Shown here piece by piece: positions 24,383 to 36,382 of a stretch of 48,312 bases of DNA. The notes under the pieces are model-generated. The model was not told the DNA's origin. It saw nothing but the letters and a program-made list of their open reading frames with translations, and did not search any database. The position numbers and the translations under genes were made by a program. The stretch's first letter is position 1. Every line of letters begins with the position of its first letter. The DNA comes from Octopus bimaculoides (Eukaryota): the NCBI RefSeq assembly GCF_001194135.2, contig NC_068989.1, positions 33,025,794 through 33,074,105 of the forward strand, given 5' to 3'.

Positions 24383-25295
24383 GTGGGCAATTATTGGGTG
24401 AATTTTAAGGCTTATAAATCTATTATTTTTCTATCCTTCCTCAATACCNNNNNNNNNNNNNNNNNNNNNNNNNNNNNNNNNNNNNNNNNNNNNNNNNNNN
24501 NNNNNNNNNNNNNNNNNNNNNNNNNNNNNNNNNNNNNNNNNNNNNNNNNNNNNNNNNNNNNNNNNNNNNNNNNNNNNNNNNNNNNNNNNNNNNNNNNNNN
24601 NNNNNNNNNNNNNNNNNNNNNNNNNNNNNNNNNNNNNNNNNNNNNNNNNNNNNNNNNNNNNNNNNNNNNNNNNNNNNNNNNNNNNNNNNNNNNNNNNNNN
24701 NNNNNNNNNNNNNNNNNNNNNNNNNNNNNNNNNNNNNNNNNNNNNNNNNNNNNNNNNNNNNNNNNNNNNNNNNNNNNNNNNNNNNNNNNNNNNNNNNNNN
24801 NNNNNNNNNNNNNNNNNNNNNNNNNNNNNNNNNNNNNNNNNNNNNNNNNNNNNNNNNNNNNNNNNNNNNNNTTCATCCTCTCTTTTCTTCATAATTGGAG
24901 TAGATAGTATGTTCTTGGGGTAGTTGTTTCTTAATAGATTGTTACTGAGCTTGATCATTTCCTCGTGGTGGGTATCACGATCGCTACTTATATTCTTTGC
25001 TCTGTGTTTTAGGCACTGAGCAATTCCTCTCTTTTACACTGTATGGATGGTGGGAATTGAAGGTAAGGTATCGTCCAGTGAAGGTTGGCTTGCGATATAC
25101 GGATGTCCTGAATCCATACTCGGTGCGTGTTATTAATACATCCAGGAATGCCAGCTGATTGTTCTGTTCCTAAGAGCGCAGGCTACTAACCCCAAGGTTC
25201 TGAGTTCGATTCACGGCAGCGACCTGATTAATAATAGTAATAATAATAATAGTAACATCGTTAGGAATGAGAACCCAGGTTCGAAATTTCCCCAA

Positions 25296-25341
25296 GACAC
25301 CTGATGAAGGCTGGAGGGTATATCAGCCGAAATGTTGTGTT
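25296..25341 (+). ncRNA. Minimal type I hammerhead (inverted copy of 24193)
   Basis: GACAC CTGATGA A GGCTG..CAGCC GAAA T GTT GTGTT. Core intact; C>T change in stem III. Confidence 0.72.
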
Positions 25342-25934
25342 AACAACAAACAAGATGAGGACAAATATCCGTCAAATGTAAATAATGTAAATAATGTAAA
25401 TATAGTATTTAGTTACAGACTTTTATATTCTGAGTTCAGGTACTGTCATTTGTTAGGTGTGTGATAGATTGTTGGGGAATACTGCTGTAAAGCATTCTTT
25501 TCTTGTGATGTGGTTCCATTGTATGGAAGAAAGTTGTCAGGGTGTATAATTGGAAGTGGCAGTAAGTAGATCATTAATAGAAAGAAGAAGCATCATTGAG
25601 ATATCTGAGTTGATATAGATGTCTGTTCTTAAAATGATAATTGGAAAGATGGTCAATGCATAACATTCCATTGTGACCCAGAAAGAAGTTTTCATTATCC
25701 AACAGTTTGTCCATAGAAAACCATGTTTTGCCAGATGTTTCTTGTGCTACTTTGGAAACTTCTAATGTCAAAGGTAAGAACATTTTTAATGAAATTCTGA
25801 AGGATCAAAAATATGTTTTGTAAAAGAAAATATCTCCGGTAGATATTGTACTTAATACGAATAAAGTTATTTAAGGTTATAAGGAAAGGATTATTACACT
25901 GCACGCGTAAGCAGAAACAGGTTATTGTAATCAC

Positions 25935-26055
25935 TCGTCTTTGTTTATTTGTCTGTGTGTTTGCAAAATTACTGGAAAACAGCTGAACAGATTTTCACCA
26001 CATTTGGCAGAAATACACATTGGGTGAGTGGCTCGAAATGATGAAGAACATTTGG
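25935..26055 (+). mobile_element. Possible Helitron/Helentron-related (DINE-1/HINE-like) short repeat
   Basis: tttgtctgtgtgtttgcaaaattactggaaaacagctgaacagattttcaccacatttgg resembles 32005-32090. The family assignment is from memory only. Confidence 0.35.
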
Positions 26056-26112
26056 TTTGATTATCTTTAAGAAAAAAATAAATTGAAGAAAAGAATCGAA
26101 CTTACAGATTTT

Positions 26113-26672
26113 CCGATAAGAAAGTGGTCTTATTATTTTGTTCACTTTCTTTTTCTTATGAATCGACCCTCATCTGCATGTGTATAGATCATGGTGTACC
26201 TATGTGTGTAGACATGTGTGTGTACATATATACTAACATAAATACATACACAGATATGCAACTCTGTGTGTGTGTGTACAATGATGGATTCGAGGGTTTC
26301 ATTTATTTATGACTTGATTTCTTAATTTCACTGGAGTATAAATACCTGTAATGGTGATACTTAAAAAAAACAAATTTTGAAAAATTGAACTTGAAAATTT
26401 CCCAATAAGTAAGTGGTCATGTTATTTTGTTCACTTTCTTTTTCATATGAATCAACCCTCGTCTGTGTGTGTATAGATCATGGTATACCTATGCATGTAC
26501 ATGCGTGTATGTACATACATAAATACATACATAGATATGCGATTGTGTGTGTGTATGTGCATGCGCATGTGTGTGTGTGTACACTGATTCGAGGGTTTCA
26601 TTTATTTACAAGTTGATTTCTTAATTTCATCAGAGTATAAGTACCTATAATGGTGATACTTAAAAAAAAAAA
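26113..26672 (+). repeat. Tandem dimer of a ~270-290 bp unit ending in oligo-A
   Basis: Units at ~26113-26370 and ~26401-26672 share aagtggtc..ttttgttcactttctttttc..gattcgagggtttcatttattta..taatggtgatacttaaaaaaaa. Confidence 0.85.
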
Positions 26673-28622
26673 TTTATTCAGTTCAATTAAAAAACATGGG
26701 TAAGCACGTATTGTAAGTCATACTATAGTTTGCAAAAAAACTTTTTTGCACACATTATATAATTTATATGCACAATTTATATGCTCCTCCAATGCCTTTT
26801 TTTAAAATTTACAATACACTTGTTTCTATTATATTAGTAATGTTGATATTAGAAGGAAAGGAGAGTTAATTTTCTTTAAGGTTGTGCTACAGAGTTGTAT
26901 GTTTTCATATCTTGGGCAAAATTCAAAGCAAGAAAAGTGGAAGAGCCAATACTTTTGGGATGAATTATTTTGGTACCTAACATTACAAGGTGGAAAGAAA
27001 TTTCTTGTAAAATGAAGAGTAAAAGAAGTCAGTGAACACAGTAGCAGCTTCCTCAGGATTTTTACTTACAGACCTGTATTGGTTAAAGAGTGGTAAATGA
27101 GCAAATGTCACAAAGTTTTACAAGATTCTTTGGCAATGGATTACCATTAGCTGATGGTTCACTAATTATCTGTCACAATACTGTGTGTTTTTCTCTCTGT
27201 ATGAGTTATATTTTATAATGGCCACAGCTCACAGGCTGAATACAGTTAATAACAGAAGATGATTGGCTTATAATAATGTAAGGTGGATTTTTTTTTTACT
27301 ATTTGCAAAGTAGCAACACAAACACTGCTTATTAGACAAAATCTATTATTTTCATTGTTTTTAAGCTATGGAGGATATTTATTTATTGAAATGTCTTGGA
27401 GAGATTGCAGGATGAAGTATATATATCTTGCTGTAATAGTTTGAGACAATTGATATGTTGGGTAATATTAAACTATTCTTGGAAACTATTGTTTAAAGTG
27501 GTTCACCAATATTTCTTTGTATGACAATTTGGTACTTGACAAATTTTGGAGTTAATACAGTTTATTAAAATACACAGATCTAAGTTATTTTTTAAGTTGA
27601 ATTATTTTTGGAATTTAGTTTATTTCAGTAGTTCAATTTAGTAACATAGAGTTCCAGTTATCAGTTCAATTTCAGTCATCATTGACTAAATTTTTGAAGG
27701 TTTTATAAGTAGTCTGATATTTAGAATGTTTAGAAACATCTTTGTGACCAATTCTAAGCCATCATATTTTCTTTTTCATATGCTCATGTACTAATTGGAA
27801 AAAATCTACAAACTTATACCTCTATAAGAGTTGAATGCATTTATTGTCAACCTTCTAATGAATTTTGGCAGGTAGATAAATATGATTTACCACTATGTTA
27901 CGTTAAAAATTTTAGATTATAAAATAACACATTATTAGATAGAATTGGATCACCATCAGGATTGTACCTAAACAATGAAAAGTCTGTTGCAATAAAATAC
28001 ATTTCAGAAATCAAATCACTGCTTCATTCAGCAGATGCATTTATGCCTCTTGGATTACATTGTGGGACATCAGTAGATGCACCAGCCCTTTCATGAATAT
28101 TTGAAAGCATCTGTTCCATTGCTAAGACTTCCGGATAAAGTACATAGGCATGTTCTGTGGCATTTTCCCCCAAATTTCTTTTTACAGACAACTAACCTTT
28201 ACATTTGTTTTCAATGCAATACCAAGACTATTTTCTTTTCCAACCTACACAATAGAAAAAAAATCATTTAATGAAATGTCATTTTACCCTTTTTCTGATA
28301 AAGTCCACTTCCTTGGGCTAACTTGTTTAATTTTAATTGTAATGAGTTGCAGTAAAGTAGTAAGCCAAAATATATGCAATTTAAGAAGAAAACAATACTG
28401 TTCTTGTGCTGCCAAATATGATTAATAAAATAATTTTTAAATATAGAATAAAAGAGATTTTTGAACTACTAACAATTTAAGTCACAAAAATTTCTTCAAT
28501 GATTGTTAAGATGCAAACAGTATTGTCAATGAAATAAAGTTTAGAAAGAGTCAGAATAATGCATATTAATTAAGTTTTACCATATGTGTTGACATATATA
28601 TATAGAGAGAGATATAGATATA

Positions 28623-28799
28623 GAGTGACCATTGGTTTTACAACTATAAAGTGCATAGCATTACAGTCTACTTGTCAGACTCATATGGCCAAAAGCATTG
28701 ACAACATAGCTGCCAGAAGTTATGCACCTTTGGCTGTTTGAGTTTGACAAGTTATCTATATTGCTAAGCATTTTATAGATGTGAAACCAATGGTCACTC
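28623..28799. repeat. Divergent pair of decayed HHR modules (family of 15199 and 31640)
   Basis: 28623-28682 (-) GAGT CTGACAA..AAAA CC aat GG TC ACTC; 28740-28799 (+) GAGT TTGACAA..GAAA CC aat GG TC ACTC. Confidence 0.7.
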
Positions 28800-28900
28800 T
28801 ATGACCGGCCATAACATTTAACTCACTAAAAAAAGTATATTACTGTTCTAATGTTTGAGAGAGTGCTTCTTTTTCAGATATATGAACTACTGATGATTTA

Positions 28901-29135
28901 TATTCTTTTATTCTTTTACTTGGTTCAGTCATTTGACTGTGGCCATGGTGGAGCACTGCCTTGATGGGTTTTAGTTGAAGAAATCAACCCCAGGACTTAT
29001 TTTCTAAGCCTAGTACTTATTCTATTAGTCCATTTTGCCAAACTGCTAAGTTATGGGGACAAAAACACACCAACATCGGTTGTCAAGTGATGGTGGGGGG
29101 ACAGACACAGACACAAATACACACACATAGATATA
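28901..29135 (-). mobile_element. Family A SINE, 3' part
   Basis: Reverse complement of the 2009-2405 tail; runs into a gap. Confidence 0.8.
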
Positions 29136-29466
29136 CATGTTTTATATATATATATATATNNNNNNNNNNNNNNNNNNNNNNNNNNNNNNNNNNNNNNNNN
29201 NNNNNNNNNNNNNNNNNNNNNNNNNNNNNNNNNNNNNNNNNNNNNNNNNNNNNNNNNNNNNNNNNNNNNNNNNNNNNNNNNNNNNNNNNNNNNNNNNNNN
29301 NNNNNNNNNNNNNNNNNNNNNNNNNNNNNNNNNNNNNNNNNNNNNNNNNNNNNNNNNNNNNNNNNNNNNNNNNNNNNNNNNNNNNNNNNNNNNNNNNNNN
29401 NNNNNNNNNNNNNNNNNNNNNNNNNNNNNNNNNNNNNNNNNNNNNNNNNNNNNNNNNNNNNNNNNN

Positions 29467-30484
29467 TGCAGCCGAAGTGACTCGAAACATACACTCAGTG
29501 TATGGGAAAGAATGCTTGAATGAAAGAACTTGCAGGAGATGGTTTTCAAAATTCAGAAGTGGAGATTTCAGCCTTGAAGATGAAGATCGAACAGGATATC
29601 CAGTTGAGTTTGATGATAAGCTCCTTGAGGTATTACTTGAAGAAAATCCTGCATTATCAGTTGAAGAATTGGCAATAAAGCTTAATTCAAACCATACAAT
29701 TGTTCATTGTCATCTTCAACAACTTGGAAATGTTCCTAAACTTGGAAAATGGGTGCCTCATGAATTGTCTCAAAGCAACTGCAAATCCTGAGTTGACATC
29801 TGCTCTTCTCTCCATTCTCGCAAACTCATTTCACCATTTTTGGATAGACTTGTGTCTGGTGATGAAAAATGGATCATCTATCGAAATGTTAAACATCATA
29901 AACTGTGGCTTGGGAAAAAGGAAAAGGCTCAACCACAACCGAGAAAGGAACTTCATGGGAAAAAGGTTCTTCTCTCTATCTGGTGGGATTGCAAAGGAGT
30001 AATTCACTTTGAATTGTTACCACCTAATGCAACAATCAATGCTCAAGTCTACTATCAGCAATTAGAGCATTTGAACCAAGCTTTGAAGGAAAAAAGACCC
30101 GCTTTAGTGAATCAAAAAGGAATGATGTTTCATCAGGACAATGTGCGACCCCACACTACAAAGATCACATGGTTAAGAAAAAATTCCTCATCCACCTTAT
30201 TCTCCCGACCTTGCTCCTTCAGACTACCATTTGTTTCGTAGTTTACAGAATCATTTGGGGGACATAACTTTTGCAAGCCAGGAGGATGTCGAAACTGACA
30301 TTTCAGAGTTCTTCGCTTTGAAACCAAGAGTTTTACATTGATGGGATTAAAAAGCTTGTAAATAGATGAAAGGAAGTCATATATAATCAGGGTAAGTACA
30401 TTGATGATTAAATTTCAATTAAATATAACATTTGATCACTTGTTTTCTTTATTCAAAATTTTCGGACAGAACTTATGGGATGAC

Positions 30485-30490
<6 letters not shown>
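29467..30490 (+). mobile_element. mariner (DD34D) transposon, degenerate, right TIR present
   Basis: RRWFSKFRSGDFSLED, WVPHEL, SGDEKWI, FHQDNVRPH and HPPYSPDLAPSDYHLF; ends cagaacttatgggatgacctgaTA. The left end is in a gap. Confidence 0.92.
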
Positions 30491-30524
<34 letters not shown>

Positions 30525-30529
30525 TATAA

Positions 30530-30688
30530 TGAGTTTCTTTCAGTTACCATCTACCAAATCCACTCAGAAGGTTTTAGTTAGCCTGAAGCTATAGTAGAAG
30601 ACAATTGTCCAAGGTGCTACACAGTAGGACTGAACCAGAAACCATGCGGTTGGAAAGCAAGCTTCTTAACATACAGTCACACCTGCGC
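30530..30688 (-). mobile_element. Family A SINE, 5' part
   Basis: Reverse complement of the ggcgcaggtgtgactgtatg..gtggatttggtagatgg head. Confidence 0.75.
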
Positions 30689-30811
30689 CTAGCAAGCATC
30701 TTACCACACGGACGTTTGTTTAACAGACACAATTTAAGGGTATCTTTCAGTTACATGCTCAATATTAAAAAAATCTTAGGGAGCACCCTTAAGCTGTGAG
30801 CAGAGGCACGA

Positions 30812-31730
30812 TGCTCATGTAGGATATACAATGACGGTACTGCCCAGTGGAGGTAGGGTGGGTGGGCGATGCAAAGCCAAGGGTGTCATGTATGAGGGCA
30901 AGGTGGTAGCTGCCACCGGCAGCCAGAAGAACAGCTTAAGCAAAAGCAACACATTTGCTGACAACAACAACAGTGACAATGATGCACATCAAGCAGCAGA
31001 GACAACAATAACAACATTTACGAAGGCAGCAGCAACATCAACTTCCCCACCAAAAATAGCCAGAACAACAAAATCAAAACTGGAGTTAATTATAGAAACA
31101 TCAGAGGTGGTTGCACATCCAATACACAGACACAAAAATATGTTGGTTCAACCACGTTCCTTTTTGAAGCAACATCTGAACAACCACAGGTCCTCTTTTA
31201 GGATACTGGAAAAGTGCATCCCTGGTCAGCCACGTTTGGCACTTAAAAGTGGAAGAAAATCCATACAAAATTAAATGGAAGCTCCTTGAACAGTCGGGGA
31301 CTTGAGCAAACAATGTAACCTTTGCTTGGCAGAGAGGGCAAGAATCCTAAAAAAAACTCACTTAATTCGAGGACCTTTTTAAAATCCAGGAAAGAAGTAT
31401 TCAGTTAATGCTCTTTATGTAAAATATTTCCTATAACAAACCTGGAATTCCCCATTCATTGAATAGGCCAATCACAGCTCCTTTGAATATCACCACTGCT
31501 GGAGCCAGTGTAAGAGGGATAACCCCATCCCACCTGCACCATGGACATTTAATTTTTGTATACTTTTTGTTTACAAGCCAACTGACCAGTGCATATTTCG
31601 TCCTCTAGTTGTAAAGAGGTTATGCACTTTCAGCCATTTGAGTCTGACAAGTTGCTATACTGCTAAGTACTTTATAGGTGTGAAGCCAATAGTCACTTTA
31701 TGACCAGCCATAAATTTTAACCTCCTAAAA
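30812..31730 (+). mobile_element. Penelope-like GIY-YIG remnant with downstream terminal repeat
   Basis: CSCR..CPV..GRCKAKGVMY, KYVGST, LKQHLNNHRSSFR, LVSHVWHLK..YKIKWKLLE and KQCNLCLAE; decayed HHR at 31640-31698. Confidence 0.8.
31640..31698 (+). ncRNA. Decayed HHR module
   Basis: GAGT CTGACAA...GAAG CC aat AG TC ACTT. Confidence 0.55.
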
Positions 31731-31799
31731 ATATATAACATATATATGTATATATTCTATTATATGCATGTGTGTATATATATGTATATATATACGTGC

Positions 31800-31990
31800 G
31801 GGTAACACGTAAAAGCACCCACTACACTCTCTGAGTGGTTGGCGTTAGGAAGGGCATCCAGCTGTAGAAACTGCCAAATTAGATTGGAGCCTGGTGTTGC
31901 CATCCGGTTTCACCAGTCCTCAGTCAAATCGTCCAACCCATGCTAGAATGGAAAGCGGACGTTAAACGATGATGATGATGATGATGATGA
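31800..31990 (+). mobile_element. RTE LINE 3' tip with (GAT)n tail
   Basis: cacgtaaaagcacccactacactctc..gcggacgttaaacgatgatgat. Confidence 0.85.
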
Positions 31991-31999
31991 TATCTGATA

Positions 32000-32310
32000 T
32001 ATAAATGGCAATTTTTGTCTGTCTGTCTGAATGTTACCATCTTACTGCTTAAACCAGCTAACCAATCTTCACCAAACTTTGCATACATATTAAACTAACA
32101 TCTAGTTCGATAATAGGATAATTGGATTTCAACATAATCTAAGGGGTTGGGCAATTTATATGATAAAATGAGAAGGATGCAAAGAGTAGTAGCGTGAAGG
32201 AAATATGGTGACAGAATTAGGGTTACTGATATCAAGTAAGGGGAGAACAGCATTACCTGAGCAACAAATATGGAGTGGCAATGGGATGATAACGTTAATA
32301 CGGCTGTCAT
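32000..32310 (+). mobile_element. Possible Helitron/HINE-like non-autonomous repeat
   Basis: tttgtctgtctgtctg..aaccaatcttcaccaaactttgcatacat motif. Low certainty. Confidence 0.35.
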
Positions 32311-32621
32311 ATATGCACAACACTGCATATATACTTTCGTAAACACATAGATACAAGCATACTCATACACACACACACATACACACACGTAACTTTCAAA
32401 ATACTCAGGAAGGGGAAAAGGTGGGTGTGAGGGTGTGAGGAATATATAGCTTTAAGGAGAGAAGAGGTAGGTGGCTTTTCTGCTGTCCATCCCAAAGGAA
32501 CACTCACATATAGACACACACACACATACATACATACATGCATACATACATACATACATACATACATATGTCTACTATACACCATTTTAAACTTGTGATT
32601 ACCTCTGTGTAAATTTGTAAA

Positions 32622-32671
<50 letters not shown>

Positions 32672-33294
32672 TGTGTCTCTCTGTGTGCGTGTTTCACATC
32701 CTATAACTGTCTGTCTCTCTACTTATGTATGGTCTTCCCTGTTGCTTTCAAATATAGTGAAATTTGATATTTTCCCCGTAAAATCCAATTTTGTTATTTA
32801 TTCCAGAAAAATTGCAGAAAAATGTTTAATCATTTTTACCTAATCAGAAAACAGGATTTGAAAGCTGACATTTTCTATATGATAGCTGTCTATTACAAAA
32901 TGAAAGCAAAATCATTAGGAGGAGGAATTTTTAATAAACGAACGAAAGCAAAGCATTACTATGACCAAAGTTGTAAGAACTTCTGAAGTTTTAATAAGCT
33001 TTAATGAATAAAGAAATGTGAAACAGTCAAACAGACATGTATATAATTTTCAAAATGAAAAAAACCCTCAATGAAGTTTTTTCCGAAAAATTGCACAAAT
33101 CTATCTGTCGGGGAATACATGGTCTGACATTGAATACACAAAGATTTATATAAGACATATTATTCTAAAAATTGCCCCGCAATGATGGATTATTCAGCTA
33201 GTATATGTGTGTGTGTATAAATATATATGTATGTATTATGTATGTATGTATGTATGTATGTATGTATGTATGTATGTATGTGTGTGTGTGTGTG

Positions 33295-33340
<46 letters not shown>

Positions 33341-33349
33341 TACACATAC

Positions 33350-33788
33350 ATATATTCTTTTATTCTTTTACTTGTTTCAGTCATTTGACTGTGACCATGC
33401 TGGAGCACCACCTTTAGTCAAGCAAATTGACCCCAGGACTTATTCTTTATAAGCCTACTACTTATTCTATCAAGCTCTTCTGCTGAACTGCTAAGTTATG
33501 GGTATGTAAATGCCCCGAGCATCGGTTGTCAAGCAATGCTAGGGGACAAACACAGACACACAAACATATACACACACATACATTCACACACACAAACACA
33601 CACACACATATATATACGTATACACAACAGGTTTCTTTCAATTTCTGTCTAACAAATCCACTCACAAGGCACTGGTCAGCCTGAGGCTATATTAGAAGAC
33701 ACTTGACCAAGGTGTCACGCAGTGGAACTGAACCCGGAACCATGTGGTTGGTAAGCAAGCTACTTACTACACAGCCACACCTGCGCCT
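33350..33788 (-). mobile_element. Full family A SINE
   Basis: Reverse complement of the 2009-2405 type, from head to tail. Confidence 0.85.
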
Positions 33789-33794
33789 ATGTAT

Positions 33795-35535
33795 ATGTGT
33801 GTAGAGGTATCAAGTTGTTGGATCAGGTAAAGAAAGTCATGGAGTGGGTCATAGCCCAACTAATTAGGGAGAGAGTCAGTTTAGACAAGATGCAGTTTGG
33901 GCTTGTACCAGGCAAAAGCACCACTTATGCTATATTTCTGGTAAGACAGCTGCAGGAGAAATTCCTAACCAAAGATAAACCTCTGTACCTGGCTTTCGTT
34001 GACATGGAGAAAGCCTTTGTCAGGTTCCCTCGATCCCTTATCTGGTGGTCAATACGGAAATTAGGGATAGATGAGTGGTTAGTGAGAGCTGTACAAGCCA
34101 TGTAAAGGGATGCTGTCAGTAAGGTGAGGGTTGGCAACAAGTATAGTGAAGAATTCCGAGTAGAGGTAAGGGTCCACCAAGGTTCAGTCCTCAGCCCCCT
34201 CTTATTCATCATAGTCCTCCAGGCAAAAACAGAGGAATTCAAGACACAATGCCCCTGGAAGCTTCTCTATACTGATGACCTTGCTCTTATTACTGAGTCA
34301 CTATTAGAACTCAAGGAGAAATTTCAGGTGTGGAAACAAGGTCTAGAACCGAAGTGCCTTAGAGTCAATCTAACAAAAGCTAAAGTCTTAATAAGTAAGA
34401 AGGCAGAAAAATCACAAATCCCTTCAGGTAGATGGCCCTGCTTGATTTATAGAAAAGGTATAGGTAGAAACTCCATAAGATGTACACATAAGCGGTGCAG
34501 CAATATCAAAGGAAGATAGATTTGTGTGTAGCAAATGCCCGGGGGCAATAAACACTGAAAATGTGCAGAAAACAGCTTCCATCACATTCCAGGGGGAAAA
34601 ACTACAAGGAGTTGATAGCTTCCATTACCTAGGTGACCAAGTCAGTAGACAAGATGCAGTTTGGGCTTGTGCCTTGGAAAAGTGCCACTGATGCTCTGAG
34701 AGTGTAGCTGCTAGAATAAGAATAGCCTGAGCAAAGTCCAGAGAGCTCCTACCTCTGCTGGTGACAAAGGATCTCTTGCTCAGAGTAAAAGGTAGGCTAT
34801 ATGACACATGTGTGCAAACAGCCATGCTACATGGCAGTGAAACATGGGCCATGACTGCTGAGGACATGCGTCAGCTTGCAAGGAATGAAGCTGGTATGAT
34901 CTGCTGAATGTGTAATGTCAGTGTGCATACACGATAGAGTGTAAGCACCCTGAGAAAAAAGTTGGACATAAGAAGCATCAGATGTAGTATGCAAGAGAGA
35001 CGACTGTGTTGGTATGATCATGTGTTGCATTTGGATGAAGGTAGCTGTGTGAAAAAGTGTCATACTCTAGCAGTGGAGGGAACCTGTGGAAGAGGTAGAT
35101 CCAGGAAAACCTGGGATGAGATGGTGAAGCACGGCCTTCGAATGTTGAGCCTCATGGAGGCAATGACAAGTGACCGAGACCTTTAGAGATATGCTGTGCT
35201 TGAGAAGACCCTGCAATCCAGGTGAGACCATAACATTGGCCTATGCCAGTGCAGCATAACCAGCCCATTTTAGAGTACCCTCCAATCATTGGGCAATAAA
35301 CTGCACTTGCAAAGATCTGTTGAGGCAAGTGAATTCGTCGTCATGGCCGATGACAGTACCGCCTGATTGGCACTTGTGTTGGGGGCATGTAAAAGGCACC
35401 ATTCAATCGTGGTCGTTGCCAGTGCCACCTGACTGGCTCCCATGCTGGTGGCACGTAAAAAGCACCATTCAAGCATGTTCAATGCCAATACTGCCTGACT
35501 TGCCCTCATGCTGGTGGCATGTAAAAAGCACCCTT
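33795..35535 (+). mobile_element. 5'-truncated RTE LINE (RT to 3' UTR), degenerate
   Basis: RGIKLLDQV..MQFGLVPGKSTT..LAFVDMEKAF, VHQGSVLSPLLF..LLYTDDL and EGTCGRGRSRKTWDE; 3' UTR tandem units. Confidence 0.92.
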
Positions 35536-35539
35536 ACTC

Positions 35540-36100
35540 TGTCTCTCTCGATCTCACTCTCTCTCTCCCCTTGTCCCTCTTTTGATTACCTCTTGCTTCG
35601 CCAGGACTATAAACTAGTGCACACACCCCGATTTCGTCACTTGTTCCTAAAACCCCTGCTGAATAAATACGAACCTAGAATCATGACCAGATAAATTTTC
35701 TGTCTTTCCAACCTCACTCATACCTTTCTATTTATGCGCTGACTCATAACACCTTACTTAATGCTTTCACTATTCTGTCTGTTTCATTTACCATGTCGTC
35801 AAATTCATATCAGTTGTCCATTATCATGTCGTCAATTCATTCACTTATTCAAGTTATTCAATTTTAATTTTTTTTAACACAGTCACTTATCTCTATAATT
35901 CTGTCTTAGATCAGCTGACCGAAAACTCTTTTTTTTCAATCCTATATTACTATCATTCAATATTTACTGTCTCTTCAAACTATGCAACAGAAATCCCAAA
36001 AGAATCTCTCTCTGTCTCTCTCGATCTTACTCTCTCCCTCCCCTTCTCCCTCTTTCGATTACCTCTTGCTTCATCAGGACTGTAAACTAGTGCACGCCCC
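35540..36100 (+). repeat. ~90-bp direct repeat in the region upstream of the second RTE
   Basis: 35540-35630 and 36005-36100 share ctctcgatct..gattacctcttgcttc..caggact.taaactagtgcac. Confidence 0.8.
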
Positions 36101-36382
36101 ATGATTCTCCCACTCAACCTTAATACCTTTGCAACACAATGCAAGTGGTGCACTCGACCTCCCAGCCCCTCCACCAGTACCGGAAGTTCCTATCCTCTTC
36201 ACTACTACCAGAACACTTCTAAAGGCTTCACGCCACCCCCCACCCCTACTTAGGGTTTATCTCCTCCTATGTAAGATAGTGATCATATAGTGCAAAATAT
36301 GATAGTGTAGTAGATGCAGGTTGAAACGAAGGCTACTGATTGTTTATGAATTCTGCAAAATGCGAGCTTTCTTTTCAGGTAC

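Larger units (their letters stand above)
24112..25401 (-). mobile_element. Penelope/Poseidon-type element with inverted pseudo-LTRs
   Basis: Minus strand 24872-25150 reads FLDVLITRTEYGFRTSVYRKPTFTGRYLTFNSHHPYSVK..EMIKLSNNLLRNNYPK. The ~250-bp repeat at 24135-24370 (-) is mirrored at 25170-25401 (+). A gap lies in the middle. Confidence 0.88.

Noticed and set aside
28878-28900. Cytoplasmic exon after a ttttcag acceptor (also 40576, 23081, 23364)
   Set aside because: Immediate stop in the required phase and no family similarity.
36040-36095. Hammerhead on the minus strand (CTGATGA..14 nt..GAAA)
   Set aside because: Stem II does not pair and no NUH or stem I/III partner can be formed.
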